DNA of 62,270 nucleotides, filler included, from an uncultured bacterium (GTDB taxonomy: Bacteria > CAYJOG01), in assembly GCA_964371695.1 (NCBI GenBank). It is 7 parts of 7 records of this genome, joined end to end, with 100 filler letters (N's around TTAATTAATTAA, not from the genome) between each part and the next. Parts side by side here need not be neighbours in the genome. Positions count along the whole stretch, not along the records: positions 44,633 to 53,415 come from CAYJOG010000091.1; positions 53,516 to 62,270 come from CAYJOG010000092.1; 5 more parts are not named here. One strand, 5' to 3'. Below are positions 48,516 through 59,896 of this stretch, piece after piece. A program made the translations under genes and the position numbers. Positions within the stretch are counted from its first letter, which is position 1. Each line of letters starts with the position of its first letter. The notes beneath the pieces were generated by a model. It saw only the letters and a list, made by a program, of their open reading frames with translations, was not told the DNA's origin and did no database searches.

Positions 48516-49874
48516 TCACGGCGGCGGTTCGGACCCAAGTTCCAGGGCCTTGACCAAGGGCAGGGTGGGGCTGTTTTTGCCCACCAGTTCCGGGTCAGCG
48601 GCGAGAATCAGCGCCACCACGGCGTCGTTCTGGCGCTCAAACACCCACAGGTGGCCATAAAAGGGGCCGAAGTGGCTGCTGAAGGTGGCTTCGTAGGTGG
48701 GGTAGGTGAGGAAAGCTGCTTCGGAATCGTGAATCTTCTGTGCCCCCAGGCTGTTCAGGATGGCCCGGCCCAGTACGGGAGCAGGGTTTTGGGGCGGTGT
48801 GGCCAGTTCGGTGGACAGTTCCTTCCATCGGCTGCGGTCTAGTGAAGCCACCTTGAAAAAACTCCCCTCCGTCTGGCTGAAGACCAGGGCAGGCCAGCGG
48901 CCCAGCAGCACACCCTGTGTGGGCGCAGGCGGAGCAGGCGCGTTGGCCGATTCCCGCCCCTGGGGCAGCGAGAGGCGCAGGGAATCCAGCAGCCAAGTGG
49001 TGCGCAGGTCTTCTTTCCAGGTTTTGACGCCGGTGGTGGGCATCAGCAGGCGGCGGGCCTGTTCCAGCGCCCGCCAGCGCACCGCCGGGGGCAGGGTGGT
49101 GTCCTGATACACCTCCAGGGCCAGTCGGGGAATGGTGGCGGAAAGCAAACCACCTGTGGGGCCAGACGAAAGGGTGTTGATGAGTGAAAAGACGGCATCC
49201 TTGTCCTGCGCGGCCGAGGCGGCGTCGCTCCACTGCAAAGCCAGGAAGGCCACGTCCCCGGCGGTGAAGGCCAGCACCTGAGCCACCTGATCCGGGATTT
49301 CCGTGGACACGTTCATCCACACCGGCGGCGGCGTCAGGGTTGAGGAGGGGGTGAGTTCGGCTTCTTCCAGCACTTCACCCAGCCAACCCGCACCGTGGCG
49401 GGCCAGATGACGGGGAATGGTTTTGTTTTCGGGCGGGGCGAGGGCGGACCAGTCCCACCAGCCGCCAAAGGCGGTGTGCAGGTTTACGCCGCACAGCAGG
49501 GTGCGCCGATAGGCCGAGGCATCGGGCATGTTTTTGGGTTTCAGCCACCACAGGGGCTGGGCCGAGGCGATGGGGCAGGTGTCGGTGGCCCCGGTGGCCA
49601 GCACGTCAAAACGGTCTTCCAGCAAAGCGCGGGGCGCGCCCAGAATGTCGGGTGTGCCGGGGGTGAGGTCCAGGCCGTTTTGCAGTTGGGTGAGGAGGTC
49701 GTCATTGACCGAGCCGGGGTTCTGGTCCAGCGTGCTCAGCACCGAGACGCCCCCCACCGGGGCGGCAGGCGGCTTGACCTTCTGGATGCCCTCGGCGCGG
49801 CAAAGGCCCATGGTGGCCAGCAGCCAAAAGCAGGCCCCGGTCCACCGCAATTTATTTGCTCCCGGTGAGTTCAA
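48516..49874 (-). CDS. Hypothetical exported protein (start uncertain)
   Basis: Long ORF with a signal-peptide-like N-terminus, overlapping the end of pilT. Confidence 0.6.
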   Translation of the reverse strand: MNSPGANKLRWTGACFWLLATMGLCRAEGIQKVKPPAAPVGGVSVLSTLDQNPGSVNDDLLTQLQNGLDLTPGTPDILGAPRALLEDRFDVLATGATDTCPIASAQPLWWLKPKNMPDASAYRRTLLCGVNLHTAFGGWWDWSALAPPENKTIPRHLARHGAGWLGEVLEEAELTPSSTLTPPPVWMNVSTEIPDQVAQVLAFTAGDVAFLALQWSDAASAAQDKDAVFSLINTLSSGPTGGLLSATIPRLALEVYQDTTLPPAVRWRALEQARRLLMPTTGVKTWKEDLRTTWLLDSLRLSLPQGRESANAPAPPAPTQGVLLGRWPALVFSQTEGSFFKVASLDRSRWKELSTELATPPQNPAPVLGRAILNSLGAQKIHDSEAAFLTYPTYEATFSSHFGPFYGHLWVFERQNDAVVALILAADPELVGKNSPTLPLVKALELGSEPPP

Positions 49875-51489
49875 CGTTGTGCCCCATGCCCTGCAGAATG
49901 GCTTTCATGCTGTCTTTGTCCACCGATTTCATGAAGGCTTCCATCGGCTCCACCTTGCCTTCTTTCACCAGTTTGCCCAGGGCGTCGTTCAGCAACTGGT
50001 TTCCCTTGGCTTTCTGGGTCTGCATGATGGATTTGATCTGGAAGGTTTTGCCTTCGCGGATGAGGTTGGCCACTGCGCCGTCCACCATCAAAATTTCCAG
50101 CGCCGCCACGCGCCCGCCGCCGATTTTTTTGCACAGGCACTGACTCACCACGCCCTTGAGACTTTCGGAGAGCATCACGCGGATCTGTTCCTGCTGTTCG
50201 GGGGGGAACTGGTCAATGATGCGGTCAATGGTGCTGGGGGCGGTGGTGGTGTGCAGGGTGCCAAACACAAGGTGGCCCGTTTCGGCGGTTTCAATGGCGA
50301 TGGCGATGGTCTCCAGGTCGCGCATTTCGCCCACCAGCACAATGTCGGGGTCTTCGCGCAGGGCGGCCCTGAGGGCGCGGCTGAATCCTTCGGTATGCAC
50401 GCCCACCTGCCGCTGGTTCACCAAGCATTTTTTGTTGGGATGCACGAACTCGATGGGGTCTTCGATGGTGATGATGTGGTCGGTGCGGTTGTCGTTGATG
50501 TGGTCCACGATGGCCGCCATCGTGGTGGACTTGCCGCTGCCCGTGGGGCCGGTCACCAGCACCAGTCCCTTGGTGAGGAACCCCAGTTCCAGCACTTTGT
50601 CCGGCACACCCAGTTGGGCTGCAGAGGGGATTTTTTCGGGAATCTGGCGGAACACCGCCCCCGGTCCCATGCGATCGCGAAAGTAATTGCAACGGAACCG
50701 CGCCAGATTCTTGATTTCATAGGCAAAGTCGGTGTCGAAGTCGTTTTCGTATTGAATCCGGTTGCGGTGGGGCAGGATGTTCAGGAGCATTTCGTACATC
50801 TCGCGGGGCTCTATCACCGCCTCATCAGGAAACCGGACCATGTCGCCGCTCATGCGCATCATCGGCTCGGTGTGGCTGGCCAGATGAATGTCGCTGGCTC
50901 CCTTGGCCACCATGATGCGAAACAGGTTTTCCAGGCGTTTGGCGCCAGAGGGTGATGGGCGGAACTGCTGCCACCAGGCTTTTTCCAGCATGTCCGCTTC
51001 GTCATTGCCCGTGAGGGGGCCATCTCCGCCCATGCCCGAAGACGGCGGCGCAGGCCCATGGGCAGGCGGGGCCGAAACAGCGGCGGGGGGTGGGGGGGCC
51101 GGTGGCGGTTCGGACGGGGCGGGGGCGGGTTCCGGTGAGGGCGCGGGTGCAGCAGCAGCAGCAGGAGGTGGGGCAGGGGCAGCGCCGCCCTCTTCGCCCT
51201 CAAAGGCCACCAGCAACTGAAAGGGCTGGGCCTGAAACTGGATTTTCAGCGCGCCTCCCTCGTGGGGCAGGTTGAACTGGCCCCGTGGGGCGGCCCCCAG
51301 GCGTTGCACCTGGGCAGCGGGCATGAAGGTGGCAAAAAACGTCAGGGCGTCTTTCATGGCCATGGGGCCTGGGGCCAGTTGCTGGCGCTGGCCGCCTTTT
51401 TCCAGCACCGCGCCCATCTGGGCGCTGACCATGAGGCGGGCTGCGCCACCGGCGGTGAGCGCAGATAGAACCGATGCATCCAGGGACAT
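49852..51489 (-). CDS. pilT: Type IV pilus retraction ATPase with an N-terminal extension
   Basis: ASDIHL, GPTGSGKSTT, TIEDPIE, LREDPD, GHLVFGTLHT and AVANLIRE motifs. Confidence 0.92.
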   Translation of the reverse strand: MSLDASVLSALTAGGAARLMVSAQMGAVLEKGGQRQQLAPGPMAMKDALTFFATFMPAAQVQRLGAAPRGQFNLPHEGGALKIQFQAQPFQLLVAFEGEEGGAAPAPPPAAAAAPAPSPEPAPAPSEPPPAPPPPAAVSAPPAHGPAPPSSGMGGDGPLTGNDEADMLEKAWWQQFRPSPSGAKRLENLFRIMVAKGASDIHLASHTEPMMRMSGDMVRFPDEAVIEPREMYEMLLNILPHRNRIQYENDFDTDFAYEIKNLARFRCNYFRDRMGPGAVFRQIPEKIPSAAQLGVPDKVLELGFLTKGLVLVTGPTGSGKSTTMAAIVDHINDNRTDHIITIEDPIEFVHPNKKCLVNQRQVGVHTEGFSRALRAALREDPDIVLVGEMRDLETIAIAIETAETGHLVFGTLHTTTAPSTIDRIIDQFPPEQQEQIRVMLSESLKGVVSQCLCKKIGGGRVAALEILMVDGAVANLIREGKTFQIKSIMQTQKAKGNQLLNDALGKLVKEGKVEPMEAFMKSVDKDSMKAILQGMGHNVELTGSK

Positions 51490-51590
51490 AGGGGCGTGAT
51501 TTTAGCGGCAGCCTTTCGTCAGGGGCAATGTTTTTCTGCCAAGGCACAGGGTTCCTGAAATCAACGGGCGCATTGCGCCATAATCCCGGC

Positions 51591-52952
51591 GTGAAAAAGT
51601 GGTTTGGCACCGATGGCATCCGCGGCGTGGCCGGTGAGCGGCTCACCGCCGAACTGGCCCTGGCTCTGGGCAAGGCCCTGGGGCGACTGGCGCAGGAAGA
51701 AAAACTGCCTGTGTCGCTGGTGGTGGGTCAGGACAGCCGGGTGAGCGGCGACATGCTCGCCCACGCTTTGGCTGCCGGGGCCAGCGCCATGGGACTGGAG
51801 GTGACGCTGCTGGGGCTTTGCCCCACACCGGCGGTGTCGCTGGCGGCCCGTGGCGGGGGATATGGTTTTGGTGTCATGGTCTCGGCCAGCCACAACCCGG
51901 TGCAGGACAACGGTTTGAAGGTGTTTGGCGGCGATGGGTTCAAACTCACCGACGCCCGCGAAGCCCGTGTGGAGGCGCTTTTGAACGAAGCCCTGGCGGG
52001 AACGCTGTCGGGCGTGGGGGTGGGGGTGGCCATGGGGGCCGTGCGGCCCGCCGCCCACGGTGTGGAAGACTACGTCGCCTCCGTCAAAACACTGCTGCCC
52101 GGCGGCCTTGTTGCGATGCGTTTGGGGCTGGACTGCGCCCACGGCGCGGCCTGCCACGCCGCCCATGCGGTGTTTGACGACACGCCCCACGAACTGGTGT
52201 GGCTCTCGGACACGCCCGATGGCCACCGCATCAACGTGAAATGCGGCAGCACCGATCTGGGCCAGCTCAAGGCCAGCGTGAAAAGCCTGGGGCTGGGCCT
52301 GGGGTTTGCCTTTGACGGCGACGCGGATCGCCTGCTGGTGGTGGACGACCAGGGCGAGGCCGTGGACGGGGACCTGCTGATGTTTCTGCTGGCCACCTGG
52401 CTGAAATCGCGGGGCCTGCTCAAGGAAAATCTGCTGGTGACCACCCAGATGAGCAACATTGGCCTGGACGCTGCACTGGCCGCCCAAGGCATCGCCGTGG
52501 ACCGCACCGAAGTGGGCGACCGTTATGTGCTGGAACGGATGCGTGAGCGGGGTGGCGTGCTGGGGGGCGAGCAGAGTGGCCACCTGATTTATCTGGGCGC
52601 GGGCACCACGGGAGACGGCATTCTGAGTGCGGTGCTGATTCTGGCCGCCCTGGCCGACGGGTTTTCCATTCAGCAGGCCGCCGCCAGAATGACGCTCAAA
52701 AAACAGCGCCTCACCAACCGCCGCCTCAGCGCCCCCATCCGGCTGGGCGACTTCCCGGAAATCACGGCTTTTCAGCAGGAACAGAACGCCAGCTTGGGCA
52801 CGGGGGCACGTTATTACGTGCGCCCCAGCGGCACCGAGCCGCTCATGCGTCTGCTGGTAGAGGCCGACACCGACGCCCAACTGGACAACCTGACGGCCAA
52901 AGGCTGGTCGGTGCTGGAAAACGTGCTGGGTGAGCGGTTGGTGAGTGGGTAG
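51591..52952 (+). CDS. glmM: Phosphoglucosamine mutase
   Basis: FGTDGIRG, SASHNP, DGDADR, GGEQSGH and RPSGTEP motifs. Confidence 0.95.
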   Translation: MKKWFGTDGIRGVAGERLTAELALALGKALGRLAQEEKLPVSLVVGQDSRVSGDMLAHALAAGASAMGLEVTLLGLCPTPAVSLAARGGGYGFGVMVSASHNPVQDNGLKVFGGDGFKLTDAREARVEALLNEALAGTLSGVGVGVAMGAVRPAAHGVEDYVASVKTLLPGGLVAMRLGLDCAHGAACHAAHAVFDDTPHELVWLSDTPDGHRINVKCGSTDLGQLKASVKSLGLGLGFAFDGDADRLLVVDDQGEAVDGDLLMFLLATWLKSRGLLKENLLVTTQMSNIGLDAALAAQGIAVDRTEVGDRYVLERMRERGGVLGGEQSGHLIYLGAGTTGDGILSAVLILAALADGFSIQQAAARMTLKKQRLTNRRLSAPIRLGDFPEITAFQQEQNASLGTGARYYVRPSGTEPLMRLLVEADTDAQLDNLTAKGWSVLENVLGERLVSG

Positions 52953-52961
52953 TTTTTACCT

Positions 52962-53415
52962 TTACCCAATCCGCCCCTTGTAGTTCTTCACGCTGCGGTC
53001 CAGTTCGCGGTTTTCGTCGCGCTGTTTCAGGGCGTGGCGTTTGTCGTAATGTTTTTTGCCCTTGGCCAGACCCAGCACCAGTTTGATCAGCCCCCGGCGC
53101 TCCAGCAGTTTCAGGGGCACCAGCGTCACGCCCTGGGTCTGCACCTCGGCAAAAAGTTTTCCGATTTCCTTTTTTTTGAGCAGCAGCTTGCGGGGCCGCA
53201 GGGGGTCGTGGTTTTGCCGGTTGGCCTGTTCAAAGGGAGCCACGTTGACGCTGTAAAGAAACACCTCGCCGTGATGAATGGCGGCGTAGCCCCCTTGCAG
53301 CGACACATTGCTCGCCTTGATGCTTTTCACTTCGCTGCCCCACAGCGACAAACCGGCTTCCACCGTGTCGAGGATTTCGTAATCGTGATACGCCTTGCGG
53401 TTCTCGGCAATCGGC
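52962..53415 (-). CDS. smpB: SsrA-binding protein (5' truncated)
   Basis: NRKA.HDY, EAG..L.G.EVKS, RKLLL and GKK.YDKR motifs. Confidence 0.95.
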
Positions 53416-53515
53416 NNNNNNNNNNNNNNNNNNNNNNNNNNNNNNNNNNNNNNNNNNNNTTAATTAATTAANNNNNNNNNNNNNNNNNNNNNNNNNNNNN
53501 NNNNNNNNNNNNNNN
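53416..53515. other. Artificial contig linker
   Basis: N-run, TTAATTAATTAA, N-run. Confidence 0.99.
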
Positions 53516-53918
53516 GCTTTATACCGGGCCGGATGGAGAAGTGATGGAGCGGCCCAACCTCATTGCCTACAACCGCCTGCTCAAAAAACACCTGCCCGCC
53601 CTGTTGCCCGAACTGGACCGGGTCTATCGCCGTTTCATCGCCTTCAAGAACTACGGCCTCACGCTCATCAGCATGAACGGCATGGCCAACGGCCCGTGGC
53701 TGCTGCTGTTTCACCTGGCGCTGACGCGCACCGTGGCCGTGGTGCTGATGGACGCCAACCCGGACATGCCGCCGCAAAAAGCCCTGCGCGACAGCATCTT
53801 CGCCCTGGAGCGGGATTTCCTGCACAACGGCCAGCGGGTCAAGGCGTTGTGCGATGGCAAGTTCAAGGACTTTCTGGAGAACCAGGCCACGGTGTCGGTG
53901 CTGGCGCGGCCGCAATAA
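53516..53918 (+). CDS. Hypothetical protein, C-terminal fragment
   Basis: Open frame from the contig start with host-like codon usage. Confidence 0.55.
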
Positions 53919-53920
53919 GG

Positions 53921-54949
53921 ATGCCTTTGAACAATCGGCCGTTTTTAAAATTCACCCTGACCATTGGCCTGCTGCTTTTTTCCGTGCTGGCAGCCAGGGC
54001 TGCCCCTTTGCCCGATGTGCGTTTGCTGGGTGAGATGAGCCTGTTCACCCCTCGTGAAATGGCCCGGCTGAAACGCAGCGCCAAAGACGTGGCCCACGAA
54101 GCCCAGACCCCTGTGTGTGTGGTGGTGTGGCGGAAAACCAAACCCAGCCGCGCCCTGGCGCAGTTCTGCGCCGGAGCCGTGGTGGTGGGGGTGGGTCTGA
54201 ACGACCACGCCGTGCTGTTGCAGGTGCCCGGTTCCAGCCCCCTGGCCCACAACACACCCGGCGCACTCCTTAAAAACGTCCAACAAAAAGACATGGTTCC
54301 ACTGTTGCGCAAGGGTCGCGGCGCCGACGGCTTGGTGAACGGCCTGGAGGCCCTGGTGCTGGCGGCCCAGGGGCGTTATCACTTCACACCGCCTTCGTTC
54401 GTGCAAAAACTTTGGCCGCTGGTGTTCATGGCCACAGTGCTGCTGCTGCTGGGCATCGCCGCCAGCAGCAGAGGCCGCGGCCGGGGCGAAGGCTGGTGGC
54501 TTCACGCCGGTGGCGCGGGCAGCGATCTGGCCCTGCCGCTTACCGCAGATCCTCCCACCCCAGCCCCGGCCCACAGCGTTCAGATTTCCTTGCCCGGGGC
54601 GAGCGGGGTTTCGCCCACCCTTTCTTTTGCAGAATACTGGTCTGCCGCCAACCGTCAGGCGGTTTCAGAAGCCCTGGAAAATCACCCCCATGTCCACCTG
54701 CATGCCATTGCGTCCCAGCGGGGGTCACTGGCGGAAAAAGCCCAGAACACTTTCATGGCCCTGAATCCGGACGCCGCCAAAGGGCTGGTGCTGGTGGTGC
54801 GCCACCGCCCCTTTGGCCTGGGTGTGGCCGCTGGCTCGGACTGGCTTTTGCCCGAAGAGACGCTGCGAAAATCGGCGGCGCTGATTTTTACGGGTGACCC
54901 ACAGAAGGGCGTTCAGGCCCTGTTGGAAGGTTTCAAATCGTCCGGTTGA
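53921..54949 (+). CDS. TPM-domain-like membrane protein
   Basis: Signal peptide, a TPM-like domain (M.P.LR.G…GL..G..AL), a TM helix and a second TPM-like segment. Confidence 0.55.
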   Translation: MPLNNRPFLKFTLTIGLLLFSVLAARAAPLPDVRLLGEMSLFTPREMARLKRSAKDVAHEAQTPVCVVVWRKTKPSRALAQFCAGAVVVGVGLNDHAVLLQVPGSSPLAHNTPGALLKNVQQKDMVPLLRKGRGADGLVNGLEALVLAAQGRYHFTPPSFVQKLWPLVFMATVLLLLGIAASSRGRGRGEGWWLHAGGAGSDLALPLTADPPTPAPAHSVQISLPGASGVSPTLSFAEYWSAANRQAVSEALENHPHVHLHAIASQRGSLAEKAQNTFMALNPDAAKGLVLVVRHRPFGLGVAAGSDWLLPEETLRKSAALIFTGDPQKGVQALLEGFKSSG

Positions 54950-55203
54950 CCTGATTGACCGGATACAAAACGCCCCCATAGGGCCTGGGGAACGAAGTGG
55001 TTGGCCGAGCCTTGATGGTTTGGCTGGACTGGGCCACGGAGTCACCAACCTGTGTCATGGGGCCGTTCTGTGCGCCCAGCTTGGCCCGCTCCAGAGGCAC
55101 ACTGTTCTGGATTTCCGTTGAACTGAGACTGGAAATGGCCATATAAAAATGTTGCAGCCCTTAAACGGGTTTGTCAACAATCACATGTTAAACTGACCCT
55201 ATC

Positions 55204-55986
55204 TTGTCCACGCCTCCCCAAAAGTCCAATCTGGCCGGGTTTTATGACACTTTCTACGAAGGAAAACTCAACCAGATTTACCAGAAGGAATACGACGAAA
55301 CCTTTTATAAAAAGGTTCCCGGTTCCCATTACGAAGTGGCCATCGGCGTGCTGGAGCCGCTGTTGGCGGAAAATACGGACACCCCATGGCGCAGCCTGGA
55401 ACTGGGCATAGGCACGGGGGCCATGCTGCAATGGATGACCCACAGGGGGGTTCAGGCCCAGGGGGTGGACATTTCCGAAGTGCTGGTCAAACAACAGCAG
55501 TCCCTTGGCCTCAAGGCCCAGCGGCACGACCTGAACGAGGGGCCGCTGCCCTTTGAAAACAACCAGTTCGACATTTTTCTTTCACTGGATGTGATCGAGC
55601 ACGTCATTGACCCCATCTTTTTCATGACGGAAGCCTTCAGGGTGTTGAAGCCGGGGGGGCATCTGGTGATTTCCACAGCCAACTCCCGCACCTTCAAGGC
55701 CCTTTATATCCTTGCGGTCAAAGGCACCTTTCCCTGGACAAGCGAAGAAGGCGTGGGCTGGGACTGCGGCCATTTGCACTATTTCACTTCCAGAGACATT
55801 CTGAATCTGAGTCTGAAAAGCGGGTTTGAAAAAGCCCTCAGCTTGGCCATTCCCGGCTACAGCGCCGGAAAAAAGGCAATGCTCAAACGGCTGCTCTACC
55901 GTGTGTTGCCCCAGGCGTTCAGCCGCGAGTTTCTGGCGGGCAACTTCCTGATCTACGCCCGCAAACCCGCGACGAACATCGGATAG
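55204..55986 (+). CDS. Class I SAM-dependent methyltransferase
   Basis: [21 protein letters not shown] and LKPGG motifs. Confidence 0.9.
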   Translation: MSTPPQKSNLAGFYDTFYEGKLNQIYQKEYDETFYKKVPGSHYEVAIGVLEPLLAENTDTPWRSLELGIGTGAMLQWMTHRGVQAQGVDISEVLVKQQQSLGLKAQRHDLNEGPLPFENNQFDIFLSLDVIEHVIDPIFFMTEAFRVLKPGGHLVISTANSRTFKALYILAVKGTFPWTSEEGVGWDCGHLHYFTSRDILNLSLKSGFEKALSLAIPGYSAGKKAMLKRLLYRVLPQAFSREFLAGNFLIYARKPATNIG

Positions 55987-55997
55987 TTTCTTCTCGC

Positions 55998-58211
55998 TCA
56001 GCGCTGGGCGTAGTAGTAATAGTGGAAGTAATACTCGCGGCTCTCTTTGGTGATGTTGTTGAGCGTAACGCCCAGCAGTTTGCCTTTGCCCGATTCCAGC
56101 ATTTTCTTCACGTTCTGGGCGTCTTCGCGGCTGATGGCCCCGCTGCTGATGACCCACAACACGCCGTCCACCTGATTCCCAATCACAAGCGGGTCCACCA
56201 CGTGAATGGCGGGGGGGCTGTCAAACAGCGTGATGTCCGCCTTTTCGCGCACATTTTTGATGAAGCGGCCAAAACGCTCACCCTTGATCAATTCGATGGA
56301 GTTCAGGGGAATGGGCCCGCAGGGCACCACCAGCAGGCCGGGATACTCCGTCTTGAACATCACCCGGTCCACCGCCCGGCTGAAGACTTCCTCGTCGCTT
56401 GGGTTTTCCTTGCCCTCCCGGATCAGTTCCAGAGTCACTTCGGCTTCCATGTCGCCGGTGAGGATGTTGCTAAGGCCAATGCTGTTGTCGAGATTGAAAT
56501 AGCGGTGCAGCATGGGGCGGCGCATGTCGGTGTCCACAATCACCACCCGGTCTCCCAACTGGCTGATGGTGATGCCCAGGTTGGCCATGACGCTGGTTTT
56601 GCCTTCGCTCACCTTGGCGCTGGTGACCGCAAACGTTTTCAATGGGTGCTCTGGCCGGATACTGGCCAGTTCCAGCATGTAGGCCAGTTGTTTGAAGGAC
56701 TCCGCAAAGGGGCTTTTGACGGGGATCTCGCTCACCAGCCGCCCACTCATGCCTGTCTGGTGGGGAATGGTGCCCAGCACCGGCAGGCCCAGGTGGCGCT
56801 TGATGTCTTCGGTGGAGCGGATGAGTTCGCGGGATTCTTCCTTGAAATAGGCAATGGCGAATCCCAAAAGAAGGCCAAACAGCAGGGCCATCAGATAATC
56901 CCGTTTGGCGGTGTCGTTGATGGGTCCGCCGGGCACACGGGCGCGCTCCACCACAATGCCGATGTTTTCGGTCTTGATCTCCCGCAGTTCCACTTCTTCC
57001 AGAGCTTTCACCACCGCCACATAACGTTGTTCGGTGATGGACTTCTGGCGCAGCAGGCGCTGGATTTCCTTCCAGTCTTCCACCACCAGGTCATAGCGGG
57101 CCACGTGGTTTTTGAGCTGGTTGTTGATGGCGGCCAACTGGTCCTCCAGTTCGGCCTCTTTGGTCATCGCCGCCTGCAATCGGCCCTTTTGCAGGGAAAG
57201 GTCTTGCAGGTCCAGCCCCTGGCCCTGCACGTGCGACTGAACGGTGTCTTCGAACTGACGCCGGAGCTGGGCGATGCGCATGTTGGCGGCTTCCACGTCG
57301 GGGTGGTCCACCGTGAACTGCCGCAGCAGTTCGTCGCGTTGGGTCTGGGCTTCAAATATGGCTTCCTGCAACCGGCCCAAAAGATTTTCAGAAGACAAAC
57401 CCTGAAAATCCACCAGCGCCTTCATCTCTTCACCCTGCACGCGCCCCTGCAGGCCCGCCACTTCCTGACGCACCGTGAGCAGGCCCTGTTCCAGCTCTGC
57501 CTGTTTGTCCGTCAGTTCCTCCAGGCGCATCTGGTGGCGTTCCTCAAAACTTTCCACGTTCAGAATGCCTGCCTTCACCTTGAAGGCCAGCAGTTGTTTT
57601 TCCTGGTCATCCAAAAGCTTTTTCACTTTGTCCCGCTGATCTTCAAGGTAATCGCGCAGCGCCACGGTTTTGTCGCGGGTGAGCTGGCTGCTGCGTTTGA
57701 GAAAAGCGTCTGCAAAAAGATTGGCGATGACCGACGTGGCATAACGGTCGCTGCTGAGGGTGTTGATGGTGAGGATGTTGGTGTCCTGCACTTCGCCCAC
57801 ACCCACCATGTTCATGAGCTGGTAAGCACTGGGAAGAGGCTGGTTCAGCAACGGCGCTTCGGGGGGAATCACGTCTTCGAGGTGGTATTCCCGCTTTTTG
57901 CCGTGAACCTTGGGGTTATAACCCCTGTCCGCCACCATCTGTTTGAGATAGGCCCGCACCTGGGTGGCCACCGCCGGAGACCGCAACAGGCTTTTCTGGG
58001 TCTGGAGGTTGATCACGTCGGGCAGGTCACCGGGGCCAGACTGCAAAAGGATGTAGCTGCGGGGCTGGTTCACCAGCACTTTGGCGCCGCTGGAGAAAAG
58101 GTCCACCTTGCGGGCGGTGTAATAAAAAGACACCCCCAGGGCGGCGATAGAGCACATCAGCACCAGGAACCAGTTACGTTTGAGAATGCTGAGATATTCC
58201 TGTATGGACAT
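55998..58211 (-). CDS. Wzc/GumC-like polysaccharide co-polymerase tyrosine autokinase
   Basis: Two TM helices, coiled coil, EGKTS Walker A, D.DMRRP, DSPP and a C-terminal Tyr cluster (YYFHYYYY). Confidence 0.92.
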   Translation of the reverse strand: MSIQEYLSILKRNWFLVLMCSIAALGVSFYYTARKVDLFSSGAKVLVNQPRSYILLQSGPGDLPDVINLQTQKSLLRSPAVATQVRAYLKQMVADRGYNPKVHGKKREYHLEDVIPPEAPLLNQPLPSAYQLMNMVGVGEVQDTNILTINTLSSDRYATSVIANLFADAFLKRSSQLTRDKTVALRDYLEDQRDKVKKLLDDQEKQLLAFKVKAGILNVESFEERHQMRLEELTDKQAELEQGLLTVRQEVAGLQGRVQGEEMKALVDFQGLSSENLLGRLQEAIFEAQTQRDELLRQFTVDHPDVEAANMRIAQLRRQFEDTVQSHVQGQGLDLQDLSLQKGRLQAAMTKEAELEDQLAAINNQLKNHVARYDLVVEDWKEIQRLLRQKSITEQRYVAVVKALEEVELREIKTENIGIVVERARVPGGPINDTAKRDYLMALLFGLLLGFAIAYFKEESRELIRSTEDIKRHLGLPVLGTIPHQTGMSGRLVSEIPVKSPFAESFKQLAYMLELASIRPEHPLKTFAVTSAKVSEGKTSVMANLGITISQLGDRVVIVDTDMRRPMLHRYFNLDNSIGLSNILTGDMEAEVTLELIREGKENPSDEEVFSRAVDRVMFKTEYPGLLVVPCGPIPLNSIELIKGERFGRFIKNVREKADITLFDSPPAIHVVDPLVIGNQVDGVLWVISSGAISREDAQNVKKMLESGKGKLLGVTLNNITKESREYYFHYYYYAQR

Positions 58212-58403
58212 GACGCCGCGCCTAAGCCGCCTATTATGGCCGCGCCGTGGCGGTCTGTCAGGATGATTTGCTCAGGCGTCTTCGCCAACGTCACGCCAAA
58301 CACGCGCCCGAACGCCCTCTTTCGGCGGCCCAAACAAACCCCTTTGGTGAATGCGCCGAGTGTGTTATTCTCCCTGACCCCTTGCAGGGGGAAGGAGACG
58401 GTT

Positions 58404-58538
58404 ATGCAACCCACGTTTCAACCCAATCTGCGAAAACGCAAAAAGAAACACGGTTTTCTCAAACGTATGAGCACCCCAGGTGGACGACGCGTCATCAGCA
58501 ATCGCCGCAAAAAAGGCCGAAAAAAGCTCTCGGTTTAG
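58404..58538 (+). CDS. rpmH: 50S ribosomal protein L34
   Basis: [46 protein letters not shown]. Confidence 0.97.
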   Translation: MQPTFQPNLRKRKKKHGFLKRMSTPGGRRVISNRRKKGRKKLSV

Positions 58539-58539
58539 C

Positions 58540-58893
58540 TTGGGCCGCGCCGGTGCGCTCAAAGGACATGGGGCCGTGCTGCGGTGTGTGCGCACGGGCA
58601 GACGCCACCGGTTGGGACCCTTGGAGGTGTGGCTGATGCCTGCGGCGCAGGATACTCCCCGCTTCGCCGTCACCCTCAGCCGCAAGGCGGGCAAGGCCCA
58701 TGTCCGCAACCGGCTCAAGCGCCAGATCCGCCACGCCATTGTCCTGGCGGCTCCCCCACCGGAACCCATGGACATGCTGGTGCTGTGCCGTCAGAAAAAC
58801 GTCACGCTGGATGTGCATACCCTGGGCGAAAAGCTGGGTCACCTGTTTGAAACCGTCCGTTTTTCAAAACCCCCCGCAGGCAAGCAGCCATGA
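58540..58893 (+). CDS. rnpA: Ribonuclease P protein component (start uncertain)
   Basis: [19 protein letters not shown] motif; canonical gene position. Confidence 0.88.
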   Translation: MGRAGALKGHGAVLRCVRTGRRHRLGPLEVWLMPAAQDTPRFAVTLSRKAGKAHVRNRLKRQIRHAIVLAAPPPEPMDMLVLCRQKNVTLDVHTLGEKLGHLFETVRFSKPPAGKQP

Positions 58894-59111
58894 AAACGCT
58901 GATGCTGAGGCTTATCCGGTTTTATCAGCGTCTGATCAGCCCCCGCCTGTTGCCCAGTTGCCGCTATGTGCCCAGTTGCAGCCAATACACCTTTCAGTGC
59001 ATCGAACAGTTCGGCGTGCTCAAAGGAAGCTGGCTGGGACTGAGGCGAATTTTACGTTGTCATCCCTTGGCGGCGGGAGGGTATGATCCCCCCCCGCCCG
59101 CCGGGCCTTAA
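58890..59111 (+). CDS. yidD: Membrane protein insertion efficiency factor
   Basis: YQ..ISP, CRY.PSCS.Y and RILRCHP…GGYDP motifs. Confidence 0.95.
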   Translation: MKTLMLRLIRFYQRLISPRLLPSCRYVPSCSQYTFQCIEQFGVLKGSWLGLRRILRCHPLAAGGYDPPPPAGP

Positions 59112-59119
59112 GGAAAACG

Positions 59120-59896
59120 ATGGAACCCATTTTCTCCACACTCATGGAAGCCATTCTTGGGCTTCTGAATCTCTTTCACCGCCTCACGGGTAATTTTGGC
59201 GTGGATATTCTGCTGCTCACGGTGTTCTTCAAGGTCATCACCTATCCCCTCACCCGCAAATCCATGCTGGCCATGAAAAAAATGTCCACCATGCAGCCGC
59301 TTTTGCAGGAGCTTCAGAAACGCTACAAGGACGACCAGCCCAGGCTGCAACAGGAAATGGCCAAACTTTATCGTGAGAAGGGCATCAACCCCGTGGCGGG
59401 CTGTCTGCCCATGGTGTTGCAGATTCCCGTGTTCATCCTGCTCTACACCGTGCTGCGCGACCCCACGGTGAACCACTACGTTTTTGTGAACCACAGTTTT
59501 CTGGGCATGGACCTGAGCACCAACCCCCTCACGGCGGTGACGGCAGATTTCTTCCACAACCTTTCGTTGTCGCTGCCGGGCACCATCGTGCTGCCCCCCA
59601 TCACCCTGTTTCACTCGGCCCAGGCGCCTTATGTGGGGGTCATGTACATCCCGGCGGTGGTGCTGCTGGCCATCATGGTGACCACGCAGATTCTCAGCAC
59701 GCTTTTCACCGCCACGGGTGACCCCAACCAAAAGATGCAGATGATGATGTTCAACGTCCTGTTCATCTGGTTTGGCATCGGCATTCCCGCCGGGGTATTG
59801 TTGTACTGGACCGCGCAGAACGTGATGGGCATGGCCCAGCAGTGGCTGATCAACCGGGAGCACAATCAAATTTCAGGAGCGACAAACAATGGCTAG
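59120..59896 (+). CDS. yidC: Membrane protein insertase YidC (short form, no large periplasmic domain)
   Basis: QP….LQKRYK, LYRE.GINP.AGCLP…QIP and PAGV.LYW motifs. Confidence 0.93.
   Translation: MEPIFSTLMEAILGLLNLFHRLTGNFGVDILLLTVFFKVITYPLTRKSMLAMKKMSTMQPLLQELQKRYKDDQPRLQQEMAKLYREKGINPVAGCLPMVLQIPVFILLYTVLRDPTVNHYVFVNHSFLGMDLSTNPLTAVTADFFHNLSLSLPGTIVLPPITLFHSAQAPYVGVMYIPAVVLLAIMVTTQILSTLFTATGDPNQKMQMMMFNVLFIWFGIGIPAGVLLYWTAQNVMGMAQQWLINREHNQISGATNNG

Noticed and set aside
8861-53515. TTAATTAATTAA motif in N-runs recurring about every 8.9 kb
   Set aside because: Artificial contig-joining linker; the regular spacing reflects size-sorted contigs, and adjacency across linkers is meaningless.
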